The notes beneath the pieces are model-generated. The model saw only the letters and a program-made list of their open reading frames with translations, was not told where the DNA came from and did no database searches. Shown piece after piece: positions 26,301 to 38,662 of a stretch of DNA of 64,000 nucleotides. Where the stretch lies: positions 144,772,001 through 144,836,000 of the forward strand of contig CM059431.1 in NCBI GenBank assembly GCA_030390025.1, given 5' to 3'. This stretch comes from Squalus acanthias. Its lineage: Eukaryota. Each line of letters begins with the position of its first letter. Position 1 is the first letter of the stretch. The translations under genes and the position numbers were made by a program.

Positions 26301-29300
26301 CTCTCCCAGTGAGGAGTCAGACTCTGTAACAAGTGTCCCTGTGTACAGTGTGTGTCTCTCCCAGTGAGGAGTCAGACTCTGTAACAAGTGTCCCTGTGTA
26401 CAGTGTGTGTCTCTCCCAGTGAGGAGTCAGACTCTGTAACAAGTGTCCCTGTGTACAGTGTGTGTCTCTCCCAGTGAGGAGTCAGACTCTGTAACAAGTG
26501 TCCCTGTGTACAGTGTGTGTCTCTCCCAGTGAGGAGTCAGACTCTGTAACAAGTGTCCCTGTGTACAGTGTGTGTCTCTCCCAGTGAGGAGTCAGACTCT
26601 GTAACAAGTGTCCCTGTGTACAGTGTGTGTCTCTCCCAGTGAGGAGTCAGACTCTGTAACAAGTGTCCCTGTGTACAGTGTGTGTCTCTCCCAGTGAGGA
26701 GTCAGACTCTGTAACAAGTGTCCCTGTGTACAGTGTGTGTCTCTCCCAGTGAGGAGTCAGACTCTGTAACAAGTGTCCCTGTGTACAGTGTGTGTCTCTC
26801 CCAGTGAGGAGTCAGACTCTGTAACAAGTGTCCCTGTGTACAGTGTGTGTCTCTCCCAGTGAGGAGTCAGACTCTGTAACAAGTGTCCCTGTGTACAGTG
26901 TGTGTCTCTCCCAGTGAGGAGTCAGACTCTGTAACAAGTGTCCCTGTGTACAGTGTGTGTCTCTCCCAGTGAGGAGTCAGACTCTGTAACAAGTGTCCCT
27001 GTGTACAGTGTGTGTCTCTCCCAGTGAGGAGTCAGACTCTGTAACAAGTGTCCCTGTGTACAGTGTGTGTCTCTCCCAGTGAGGAGTCAGACTCTGTAAC
27101 AAGTGTCCCTGTGTACAGTGTGTGTCTCTCCCAGTGAGGAGTCAGACTCTGTAACAAGTGTCCCTGTGTACAGTGTGTGTCTCTCCCAGTGAGGAGTCAG
27201 ACTCTGTAACAAGTGTCCCTGTGTACAGTGTGTGTCTCTCCCAGTGAGGAGTCAGACTCTGTAACAAGTGTCCCTGTGTACAGTGTGTGTCTCTCCCAGT
27301 GAGGAGTCAGACTCTGTAACAAGTGTCCCTGTGTACAGTGTGTGTCTCTCCCAGTGAGGAGTCAGACTCTGTAACAAGTGTCCCTGTGTACAGTGTGTGT
27401 CTCTCCCAGTGAGGAGTCAGACTCTGTAACAAGTGTCCCTGTGTACAGTGTGTGTCTCTCCCAGTGAGGAGTCAGACTCTGTAACAAGTGTCCCTGTGTA
27501 CAGTGTGTGTCTCTCCCAGTGAGGAGTCAGACTCTGTAACAAGTGTCCCTGTGTACAGTGTGTGTCTCTCCCAGTGAGGAGTCAGACTCTGTAACAAGTG
27601 TCCCTGTGTACAGTGTGTGTCTCTCCCAGTGAGGAGTCAGACTCTGTAACAAGTGTCCCTGTGTACAGTGTGTGTCTCTCCCAGTGAGGAGTCAGACTCT
27701 GTAACAAGTGTCCCTGTGTACAGTGTGTGTCTCTCCCAGTGAGGAGTCAGACTCTGTAACAAGTGTCCCTGTGTACAGTGTGTGTCTCTCCCAGTGAGGA
27801 GTCAGACTCTGTAACAAGTGTCCCTGTGTACAGTGTGTGTCTCTCCCAGTGAGGAGTCAGACTCTGTAACAAGTGTCCCTGTGTACAGTGTGTGTCTCTC
27901 CCAGTGAGGAGTCAGACTCTGTAACAAGTGTCCCTGTGTACAGTGTGTGTCTCTCCCAGTGAGGAGTCAGACTCTGTAACAAGTGTCCCTGTGTACAGTG
28001 TGTGTCTCTCCCAGTGAGGAGTCAGACTCTGTAACAAGTGTCCCTGTGTACAGTGTGTGTCTCTCCCAGTGAGGAGTCAGACTCTGTAACAAGTGTCCCT
28101 GTGTACAGTGTGTGTCTCTCCCAGTGAGGAGTCAGACTCTGTAACAAGTGTCCCTGTGTACAGTGTGTGTCTCTCCCAGTGAGGAGTCAGACTCTGTAAC
28201 AAGTGTCCCTGTGTACAGTGTGTGTCTCTCCCAGTGAGGAGTCAGACTCTGTAACAAGTGTCCCTGTGTACAGTGTGTGTCTCTCCCAGTGAGGAGTCAG
28301 ACTCTGTAACAAGTGTCCCTGTGTACAGTGTGTGTCTCTCCCAGTGAGGAGTCAGACTCTGTAACAAGTGTCCCTGTGTACAGTGTGTGTCTCTCCCAGT
28401 GAGGAGTCAGACTCTGTAACAAGTGTCCCTGTGTACAGTGTGTGTCTCTCCCAGTGAGGAGTCAGACTCTGTAACAAGTGTCCCTGTGTACAGTGTGTGT
28501 CTCTCCCAGTGAGGAGTCAGACTCTGTAACAAGTGTCCCTGTGTACAGTGTGTGTCTCTCCCAGTGAGGAGTCAGACTCTGTAACAAGTGTCCCTGTGTA
28601 CAGTGTGTGTCTCTCCCAGTGAGGAGTCAGACTCTGTAACAAGTGTCCCTGTGTACAGTGTGTGTCTCTCCCAGTGAGGAGTCAGACTCTGTAACAAGTG
28701 TCCCTGTGTACAGTGTGTGTCTCTCCCAGTGAGGAGTCAGACTCTGTAACAAGTGTCCCTGTGTACAGTGTGTGTCTCTCCCAGTGAGGAGTCAGACTCT
28801 GTAACAAGTGTCCCTGTGTACAGTGTGTGTCTCTCCCAGTGAGGAGTCAGACTCTGTAACAAGTGTCCCTGTGTACAGTGTGTGTCTCTCCCAGTGAGGA
28901 GTCAGACTCTGTAACAAGTGTCCCTGTGTACAGTGTGTGTCTCTCCCAGTGAGGAGTCAGACTCTGTAACAAGTGTCCCTGTGTACAGTGTGTGTCTCTC
29001 CCAGTGAGGAGTCAGACTCTGTAACAAGTGTCCCTGTGTACAGTGTGTGTCTCTCCCAGTGAGGAGTCAGACTCTGTAACAAGTGTCCCTGTGTACAGTG
29101 TGTGTCTCTCCCAGTGAGGAGTCAGACTCTGTAACAAGTGTCCCTGTGTACAGTGTGTGTCTCTCCCAGTGAGGAGTCAGACTCTGTAACAAGTGTCCCT
29201 GTGTACAGTGTGTGTCTCTCCCAGTGAGGAGTCAGACTCTGTAACAAGTGTCCCTGTGTACAGTGTGTGTCTCTCCCAGTGAGGAGTCAGACTCTGTAAC

Positions 29301-32300
29301 AAGTGTCCCTGTGTACAGTGTGTGTCTCTCCCAGTGAGGAGTCAGACTCTGTAACAAGTGTCCCTGTGTACAGTGTGTGTCTCTCCCAGTGAGGAGTCAG
29401 ACTCTGTAACAAGTGTCCCTGTGTACAGTGTGTGTCTCTCCCAGTGAGGAGTCAGACTCTGTAACAAGTGTCCCTGTGTACAGTGTGTGTCTCTCCCAGT
29501 GAGGAGTCAGACTCTGTAACAAGTGTCCCTGTGTACAGTGTGTGTCTCTCCCAGTGAGGAGTCAGACTCTGTAACAAGTGTCCCTGTGTACAGTGTGTGT
29601 CTCTCCCAGTGAGGAGTCAGACTCTGTAACAAGTGTCCCTGTGTACAGTGTGTGTCTCTCCCAGTGAGGAGTCAGACTCTGTAACAAGTGTCCCTGTGTA
29701 CAGTGTGTGTCTCTCCCAGTGAGGAGTCAGACTCTGTAACAAGTGTCCCTGTGTACAGTGTGTGTCTCTCCCAGTGAGGAGTCAGACTCTGTAACAAGTG
29801 TCCCTGTGTACAGTGTGTGTCTCTCCCAGTGAGGAGTCAGACTCTGTAACAAGTGTCCCTGTGTACAGTGTGTGTCTCTCCCAGTGAGGAGTCAGACTCT
29901 GTAACAAGTGTCCCTGTGTACAGTGTGTGTCTCTCCCAGTGAGGAGTCAGACTCTGTAACAAGTGTCCCTGTGTACAGTGTGTGTCTCTCCCAGTGAGGA
30001 GTCAGACTCTGTAACAAGTGTCCCTGTGTACAGTGTGTGTCTCTCCCAGTGAGGAGTCAGACTCTGTAACAAGTGTCCCTGTGTACAGTGTGTGTCTCTC
30101 CCAGTGAGGAGTCAGACTCTGTAACAAGTGTCCCTGTGTACAGTGTGTGTCTCTCCCAGTGAGGAGTCAGACTCTGTAACAAGTGTCCCTGTGTACAGTG
30201 TGTGTCTCTCCCAGTGAGGAGTCAGACTCTGTAACAAGTGTCCCTGTGTACAGTGTGTGTCTCTCCCAGTGAGGAGTCAGACTCTGTAACAAGTGTCCCT
30301 GTGTACAGTGTGTGTCTCTCCCAGTGAGGAGTCAGACTCTGTAACAAGTGTCCCTGTGTACAGTGTGTGTCTCTCCCAGTGAGGAGTCAGACTCTGTAAC
30401 AAGTGTCCCTGTGTACAGTGTGTGTCTCTCCCAGTGAGGAGTCAGACTCTGTAACAAGTGTCCCTGTGTACAGTGTGTGTCTCTCCCAGTGAGGAGTCAG
30501 ACTCTGTAACAAGTGTCCCTGTGTACAGTGTGTGTCTCTCCCAGTGAGGAGTCAGACTCTGTAACAAGTGTCCCTGTGTACAGTGTGTGTCTCTCCCAGT
30601 GAGGAGTCAGACTCTGTAACAAGTGTCCCTGTGTACAGTGTGTGTCTCTCCCAGTGAGGAGTCAGACTCTGTAACAAGTGTCCCTGTGTACAGTGTGTGT
30701 CTCTCCCAGTGAGGAGTCAGACTCTGTAACAAGTGTCCCTGTGTACAGTGTGTGTCTCTCCCAGTGAGGAGTCAGACTCTGTAACAAGTGTCCCTGTGTA
30801 CAGTGTGTGTCTCTCCCAGTGAGGAGTCAGACTCTGTAACAAGTGTCCCTGTGTACAGTGTGTGTCTCTCCCAGTGAGGAGTCAGACTCTGTAACAAGTG
30901 TCCCTGTGTACAGTGTGTGTCTCTCCCAGTGAGGAGTCAGACTCTGTAACAAGTGTCCCTGTGTACAGTGTGTGTCTCTCCCAGTGAGGAGTCAGACTCT
31001 GTAACAAGTGTCCCTGTGTACAGTGTGTGTCTCTCCCAGTGAGGAGTCAGACTCTGTAACAAGTGTCCCTGTGTACAGTGTGTGTCTCTCCCAGTGAGGA
31101 GTCAGACTCTGTAACAAGTGTCCCTGTGTACAGTGTGTGTCTCTCCCAGTGAGGAGTCAGACTCTGTAACAAGTGTCCCTGTGTACAGTGTGTGTCTCTC
31201 CCAGTGAGGAGTCAGACTCTGTAACAAGTGTCCCTGTGTACAGTGTGTGTCTCTCCCAGTGAGGAGTCAGACTCTGTAACAAGTGTCCCTGTGTACAGTG
31301 TGTGTCTCTCCCAGTGAGGAGTCAGACTCTGTAACAAGTGTCCCTGTGTACAGTGTGTGTCTCTCCCAGTGAGGAGTCAGACTCTGTAACAAGTGTCCCT
31401 GTGTACAGTGTGTGTCTCTCCCAGTGAGGAGTCAGACTCTGTAACAAGTGTCCCTGTGTACAGTGTGTGTCTCTCCCAGTGAGGAGTCAGACTCTGTAAC
31501 AAGTGTCCCTGTGTACAGTGTGTGTCTCTCCCAGTGAGGAGTCAGACTCTGTAACAAGTGTCCCTGTGTACAGTGTGTGTCTCTCCCAGTGAGGAGTCAG
31601 ACTCTGTAACAAGTGTCCCTGTGTACAGTGTGTGTCTCTCCCAGTGAGGAGTCAGACTCTGTAACAAGTGTCCCTGTGTACAGTGTGTGTCTCTCCCAGT
31701 GAGGAGTCAGACTCTGTAACAAGTGTCCCTGTGTACAGTGTGTGTCTCTCCCAGTGAGGAGTCAGACTCTGTAACAAGTGTCCCTGTGTACAGTGTGTGT
31801 CTCTCCCAGTGAGGAGTCAGACTCTGTAACAAGTGTCCCTGTGTACAGTGTGTGTCTCTCCCAGTGAGGAGTCAGACTCTGTAACAAGTGTCCCTGTGTA
31901 CAGTGTGTGTCTCTCCCAGTGAGGAGTCAGACTCTGTAACAAGTGTCCCTGTGTACAGTGTGTGTCTCTCCCAGTGAGGAGTCAGACTCTGTAACAAGTG
32001 TCCCTGTGTACAGTGTGTGTCTCTCCCAGTGAGGAGTCAGACTCTGTAACAAGTGTCCCTGTGTACAGTGTGTGTCTCTCCCAGTGAGGAGTCAGACTCT
32101 GTAACAAGTGTCCCTGTGTACAGTGTGTGTCTCTCCCAGTGAGGAGTCAGACTCTGTAACAAGTGTCCCTGTGTACAGTGTGTGTCTCTCCCAGTGAGGA
32201 GTCAGACTCTGTAACAAGTGTCCCTGTGTACAGTGTGTGTCTCTCCCAGTGAGGAGTCAGACTCTGTAACAAGTGTCCCTGTGTACAGTGTGTGTCTCTC

Positions 32301-35300
32301 CCAGTGAGGAGTCAGACTCTGTAACAAGTGTCCCTGTGTACAGTGTGTGTCTCTCCCAGTGAGGAGTCAGACTCTGTAACAAGTGTCCCTGTGTACAGTG
32401 TGTGTCTCTCCCAGTGAGGAGTCAGACTCTGTAACAAGTGTCCCTGTGTACAGTGTGTGTCTCTCCCAGTGAGGAGTCAGACTCTGTAACAAGTGTCCCT
32501 GTGTACAGTGTGTGTCTCTCCCAGTGAGGAGTCAGACTCTGTAACAAGTGTCCCTGTGTACAGTGTGTGTCTCTCCCAGTGAGGAGTCAGACTCTGTAAC
32601 AAGTGTCCCTGTGTACAGTGTGTGTCTCTCCCAGTGAGGAGTCAGACTCTGTAACAAGTGTCCCTGTGTACAGTGTGTGTCTCTCCCAGTGAGGAGTCAG
32701 ACTCTGTAACAAGTGTCCCTGTGTACAGTGTGTGTCTCTCCCAGTGAGGAGTCAGACTCTGTAACAAGTGTCCCTGTGTACAGTGTGTGTCTCTCCCAGT
32801 GAGGAGTCAGACTCTGTAACAAGTGTCCCTGTGTACAGTGTGTGTCTCTCCCAGTGAGGAGTCAGACTCTGTAACAAGTGTCCCTGTGTACAGTGTGTGT
32901 CTCTCCCAGTGAGGAGTCAGACTCTGTAACAAGTGTCCCTGTGTACAGTGTGTGTCTCTCCCAGTGAGGAGTCAGACTCTGTAACAAGTGTCCCTGTGTA
33001 CAGTGTGTGTCTCTCCCAGTGAGGAGTCAGACTCTGTAACAAGTGTCCCTGTGTACAGTGTGTGTCTCTCCCAGTGAGGAGTCAGACTCTGTAACAAGTG
33101 TCCCTGTGTACAGTGTGTGTCTCTCCCAGTGAGGAGTCAGACTCTGTAACAAGTGTCCCTGTGTACAGTGTGTGTCTCTCCCAGTGAGGAGTCAGACTCT
33201 GTAACAAGTGTCCCTGTGTACAGTGTGTGTCTCTCCCAGTGAGGAGTCAGACTCTGTAACAAGTGTCCCTGTGTACAGTGTGTGTCTCTCCCAGTGAGGA
33301 GTCAGACTCTGTAACAAGTGTCCCTGTGTACAGTGTGTGTCTCTCCCAGTGAGGAGTCAGACTCTGTAACAAGTGTCCCTGTGTACAGTGTGTGTCTCTC
33401 CCAGTGAGGAGTCAGACTCTGTAACAAGTGTCCCTGTGTACAGTGTGTGTCTCTCCCAGTGAGGAGTCAGACTCTGTAACAAGTGTCCCTGTGTACAGTG
33501 TGTGTCTCTCCCAGTGAGGAGTCAGACTCTGTAACAAGTGTCCCTGTGTACAGTGTGTGTCTCTCCCAGTGAGGAGTCAGACTCTGTAACAAGTGTCCCT
33601 GTGTACAGTGTGTGTCTCTCCCAGTGAGGAGTCAGACTCTGTAACAAGTGTCCCTGTGTACAGTGTGTGTCTCTCCCAGTGAGGAGTCAGACTCTGTAAC
33701 AAGTGTCCCTGTGTACAGTGTGTGTCTCTCCCAGTGAGGAGTCAGACTCTGTAACAAGTGTCCCTGTGTACAGTGTGTGTCTCTCCCAGTGAGGAGTCAG
33801 ACTCTGTAACAAGTGTCCCTGTGTACAGTGTGTGTCTCTCCCAGTGAGGAGTCAGACTCTGTAACAAGTGTCCCTGTGTACAGTGTGTGTCTCTCCCAGT
33901 GAGGAGTCAGACTCTGTAACAAGTGTCCCTGTGTACAGTGTGTGTCTCTCCCAGTGAGGAGTCAGACTCTGTAACAAGTGTCCCTGTGTACAGTGTGTGT
34001 CTCTCCCAGTGAGGAGTCAGACTCTGTAACAAGTGTCCCTGTGTACAGTGTGTGTCTCTCCCAGTGAGGAGTCAGACTCTGTAACAAGTGTCCCTGTGTA
34101 CAGTGTGTGTCTCTCCCAGTGAGGAGTCAGACTCTGTAACAAGTGTCCCTGTGTACAGTGTGTGTCTCTCCCAGTGAGGAGTCAGACTCTGTAACAAGTG
34201 TCCCTGTGTACAGTGTGTGTCTCTCCCAGTGAGGAGTCAGACTCTGTAACAAGTGTCCCTGTGTACAGTGTGTGTCTCTCCCAGTGAGGAGTCAGACTCT
34301 GTAACAAGTGTCCCTGTGTACAGTGTGTGTCTCTCCCAGTGAGGAGTCAGACTCTGTAACAAGTGTCCCTGTGTACAGTGTGTGTCTCTCCCAGTGAGGA
34401 GTCAGACTCTGTAACAAGTGTCCCTGTGTACAGTGTGTGTCTCTCCCAGTGAGGAGTCAGACTCTGTAACAAGTGTCCCTGTGTACAGTGTGTGTCTCTC
34501 CCAGTGAGGAGTCAGACTCTGTAACAAGTGTCCCTGTGTACAGTGTGTGTCTCTCCCAGTGAGGAGTCAGACTCTGTAACAAGTGTCCCTGTGTACAGTG
34601 TGTGTCTCTCCCAGTGAGGAGTCAGACTCTGTAACAAGTGTCCCTGTGTACAGTGTGTGTCTCTCCCAGTGAGGAGTCAGACTCTGTAACAAGTGTCCCT
34701 GTGTACAGTGTGTGTCTCTCCCAGTGAGGAGTCAGACTCTGTAACAAGTGTCCCTGTGTACAGTGTGTGTCTCTCCCAGTGAGGAGTCAGACTCTGTAAC
34801 AAGTGTCCCTGTGTACAGTGTGTGTCTCTCCCAGTGAGGAGTCAGACTCTGTAACAAGTGTCCCTGTGTACAGTGTGTGTCTCTCCCAGTGAGGAGTCAG
34901 ACTCTGTAACAAGTGTCCCTGTGTACAGTGTGTGTCTCTCCCAGTGAGGAGTCAGACTCTGTAACAAGTGTCCCTGTGTACAGTGTGTGTCTCTCCCAGT
35001 GAGGAGTCAGACTCTGTAACAAGTGTCCCTGTGTACAGTGTGTGTCTCTCCCAGTGAGGAGTCAGACTCTGTAACAAGTGTCCCTGTGTACAGTGTGTGT
35101 CTCTCCCAGTGAGGAGTCAGACTCTGTAACAAGTGTCCCTGTGTACAGTGTGTGTCTCTCCCAGTGAGGAGTCAGACTCTGTAACAAGTGTCCCTGTGTA
35201 CAGTGTGTGTCTCTCCCAGTGAGGAGTCAGACTCTGTAACAAGTGTCCCTGTGTACAGTGTGTGTCTCTCCCAGTGAGGAGTCAGACTCTGTAACAAGTG

Positions 35301-38300
35301 TCCCTGTGTACAGTGTGTGTCTCTCCCAGTGAGGAGTCAGACTCTGTAACAAGTGTCCCTGTGTACAGTGTGTGTCTCTCCCAGTGAGGAGTCAGACTCT
35401 GTAACAAGTGTCCCTGTGTACAGTGTGTGTCTCTCCCAGTGAGGAGTCAGACTCTGTAACAAGTGTCCCTGTGTACAGTGTGTGTCTCTCCCAGTGAGGA
35501 GTCAGACTCTGTAACAAGTGTCCCTGTGTACAGTGTGTGTCTCTCCCAGTGAGGAGTCAGACTCTGTAACAAGTGTCCCTGTGTACAGTGTGTGTCTCTC
35601 CCAGTGAGGAGTCAGACTCTGTAACAAGTGTCCCTGTGTACAGTGTGTGTCTCTCCCAGTGAGGAGTCAGACTCTGTAACAAGTGTCCCTGTGTACAGTG
35701 TGTGTCTCTCCCAGTGAGGAGTCAGACTCTGTAACAAGTGTCCCTGTGTACAGTGTGTGTCTCTCCCAGTGAGGAGTCAGACTCTGTAACAAGTGTCCCT
35801 GTGTACAGTGTGTGTCTCTCCCAGTGAGGAGTCAGACTCTGTAACAAGTGTCCCTGTGTACAGTGTGTGTCTCTCCCAGTGAGGAGTCAGACTCTGTAAC
35901 AAGTGTCCCTGTGTACAGTGTGTGTCTCTCCCAGTGAGGAGTCAGACTCTGTAACAAGTGTCCCTGTGTACAGTGTGTGTCTCTCCCAGTGAGGAGTCAG
36001 ACTCTGTAACAAGTGTCCCTGTGTACAGTGTGTGTCTCTCCCAGTGAGGAGTCAGACTCTGTAACAAGTGTCCCTGTGTACAGTGTGTGTCTCTCCCAGT
36101 GAGGAGTCAGACTCTGTAACAAGTGTCCCTGTGTACAGTGTGTGTCTCTCCCAGTGAGGAGTCAGACTCTGTAACAAGTGTCCCTGTGTACAGTGTGTGT
36201 CTCTCCCAGTGAGGAGTCAGACTCTGTAACAAGTGTCCCTGTGTACAGTGTGTGTCTCTCCCAGTGAGGAGTCAGACTCTGTAACAAGTGTCCCTGTGTA
36301 CAGTGTGTGTCTCTCCCAGTGAGGAGTCAGACTCTGTAACAAGTGTCCCTGTGTACAGTGTGTGTCTCTCCCAGTGAGGAGTCAGACTCTGTAACAAGTG
36401 TCCCTGTGTACAGTGTGTGTCTCTCCCAGTGAGGAGTCAGACTCTGTAACAAGTGTCCCTGTGTACAGTGTGTGTCTCTCCCAGTGAGGAGTCAGACTCT
36501 GTAACAAGTGTCCCTGTGTACAGTGTGTGTCTCTCCCAGTGAGGAGTCAGACTCTGTAACAAGTGTCCCTGTGTACAGTGTGTGTCTCTCCCAGTGAGGA
36601 GTCAGACTCTGTAACAAGTGTCCCTGTGTACAGTGTGTGTCTCTCCCAGTGAGGAGTCAGACTCTGTAACAAGTGTCCCTGTGTACAGTGTGTGTCTCTC
36701 CCAGTGAGGAGTCAGACTCTGTAACAAGTGTCCCTGTGTACAGTGTGTGTCTCTCCCAGTGAGGAGTCAGACTCTGTAACAAGTGTCCCTGTGTACAGTG
36801 TGTGTCTCTCCCAGTGAGGAGTCAGACTCTGTAACAAGTGTCCCTGTGTACAGTGTGTGTCTCTCCCAGTGAGGAGTCAGACTCTGTAACAAGTGTCCCT
36901 GTGTACAGTGTGTGTCTCTCCCAGTGAGGAGTCAGACTCTGTAACAAGTGTCCCTGTGTACAGTGTGTGTCTCTCCCAGTGAGGAGTCAGACTCTGTAAC
37001 AAGTGTCCCTGTGTACAGTGTGTGTCTCTCCCAGTGAGGAGTCAGACTCTGTAACAAGTGTCCCTGTGTACAGTGTGTGTCTCTCCCAGTGAGGAGTCAG
37101 ACTCTGTAACAAGTGTCCCTGTGTACAGTGTGTGTCTCTCCCAGTGAGGAGTCAGACTCTGTAACAAGTGTCCCTGTGTACAGTGTGTGTCTCTCCCAGT
37201 GAGGAGTCAGACTCTGTAACAAGTGTCCCTGTGTACAGTGTGTGTCTCTCCCAGTGAGGAGTCAGACTCTGTAACAAGTGTCCCTGTGTACAGTGTGTGT
37301 CTCTCCCAGTGAGGAGTCAGACTCTGTAACAAGTGTCCCTGTGTACAGTGTGTGTCTCTCCCAGTGAGGAGTCAGACTCTGTAACAAGTGTCCCTGTGTA
37401 CAGTGTGTGTCTCTCCCAGTGAGGAGTCAGACTCTGTAACAAGTGTCCCTGTGTACAGTGTGTGTCTCTCCCAGTGAGGAGTCAGACTCTGTAACAAGTG
37501 TCCCTGTGTACAGTGTGTGTCTCTCCCAGTGAGGAGTCAGACTCTGTAACAAGTGTCCCTGTGTACAGTGTGTGTCTCTCCCAGTGAGGAGTCAGACTCT
37601 GTAACAAGTGTCCCTGTGTACAGTGTGTGTCTCTCCCAGTGAGGAGTCAGACTCTGTAACAAGTGTCCCTGTGTACAGTGTGTGTCTCTCCCAGTGAGGA
37701 GTCAGACTCTGTAACAAGTGTCCCTGTGTACAGTGTGTGTCTCTCCCAGTGAGGAGTCAGACTCTGTAACAAGTGTCCCTGTGTACAGTGTGTGTCTCTC
37801 CCAGTGAGGAGTCAGACTCTGTAACAAGTGTCCCTGTGTACAGTGTGTGTCTCTCCCAGTGAGGAGTCAGACTCTGTAACAAGTGTCCCTGTGTACAGTG
37901 TGTGTCTCTCCCAGTGAGGAGTCAGACTCTGTAACAAGTGTCCCTGTGTACAGTGTGTGTCTCTCCCAGTGAGGAGTCAGACTCTGTAACAAGTGTCCCT
38001 GTGTACAGTGTGTGTCTCTCCCAGTGAGGAGTCAGACTCTGTAACAAGTGTCCCTGTGTACAGTGTGTGTCTCTCCCAGTGAGGAGTCAGACTCTGTAAC
38101 AAGTGTCCCTGTGTACAGTGTGTGTCTCTCCCAGTGAGGAGTCAGACTCTGTAACAAGTGTCCCTGTGTACAGTGTGTGTCTCTCCCAGTGAGGAGTCAG
38201 ACTCTGTAACAAGTGTCCCTGTGTACAGTGTGTGTCTCTCCCAGTGAGGAGTCAGACTCTGTAACAAGTGTCCCTGTGTACAGTGTGTGTCTCTCCCAGT

Positions 38301-38609
38301 GAGGAGTCAGACTCTGTAACAAGTGTCCCTGTGTACAGTGTGTGTCTCTCCCAGTGAGGAGTCAGACTCTGTAACAAGTGTCCCTGTGTACAGTGTGTGT
38401 CTCTCCCAGTGAGGAGTCAGACTCTGTAACAAGTGTCCCTGTGTACAGTGTGTGTCTCTCCCAGTGAGGAGTCAGACTCTGTAACAAGTGTCCCTGTGTA
38501 CAGTGTGTGTCTCTCCCAGTGAGGAGTCAGACTCTGTAACAAGTGTCCCTGTGTACAGTGTGTGTCTCTCCCAGTGAGGAGTCAGACTCTGTAACAAGTG
38601 TCCCTGTGT
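2365..38609. repeat. Apparently perfect block of 659 identical monomers (36,245 bp)
   Basis: No phase shift between monomers 44 and 702, and 659 x 55 = 36,245. No substitution noticed on reading, but this was not machine-verified. Confidence 0.9.
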
Positions 38610-38662
38610 ACAGTGTGTGTCTCCCAGTGAGGAGTCAGACTCTGTAACAAGTGTCCCTGTGT
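38610..38662. repeat. Variant monomer no. 703 (53 bp; one TC dinucleotide lost, GTCTCTCCC to GTCTCCC)
   Basis: 38611-38630 reads cagtgtgtgt ctcccagtga, with a 2-bp phase shift. It lies inside listed ORF 38472..38705. Confidence 0.95.
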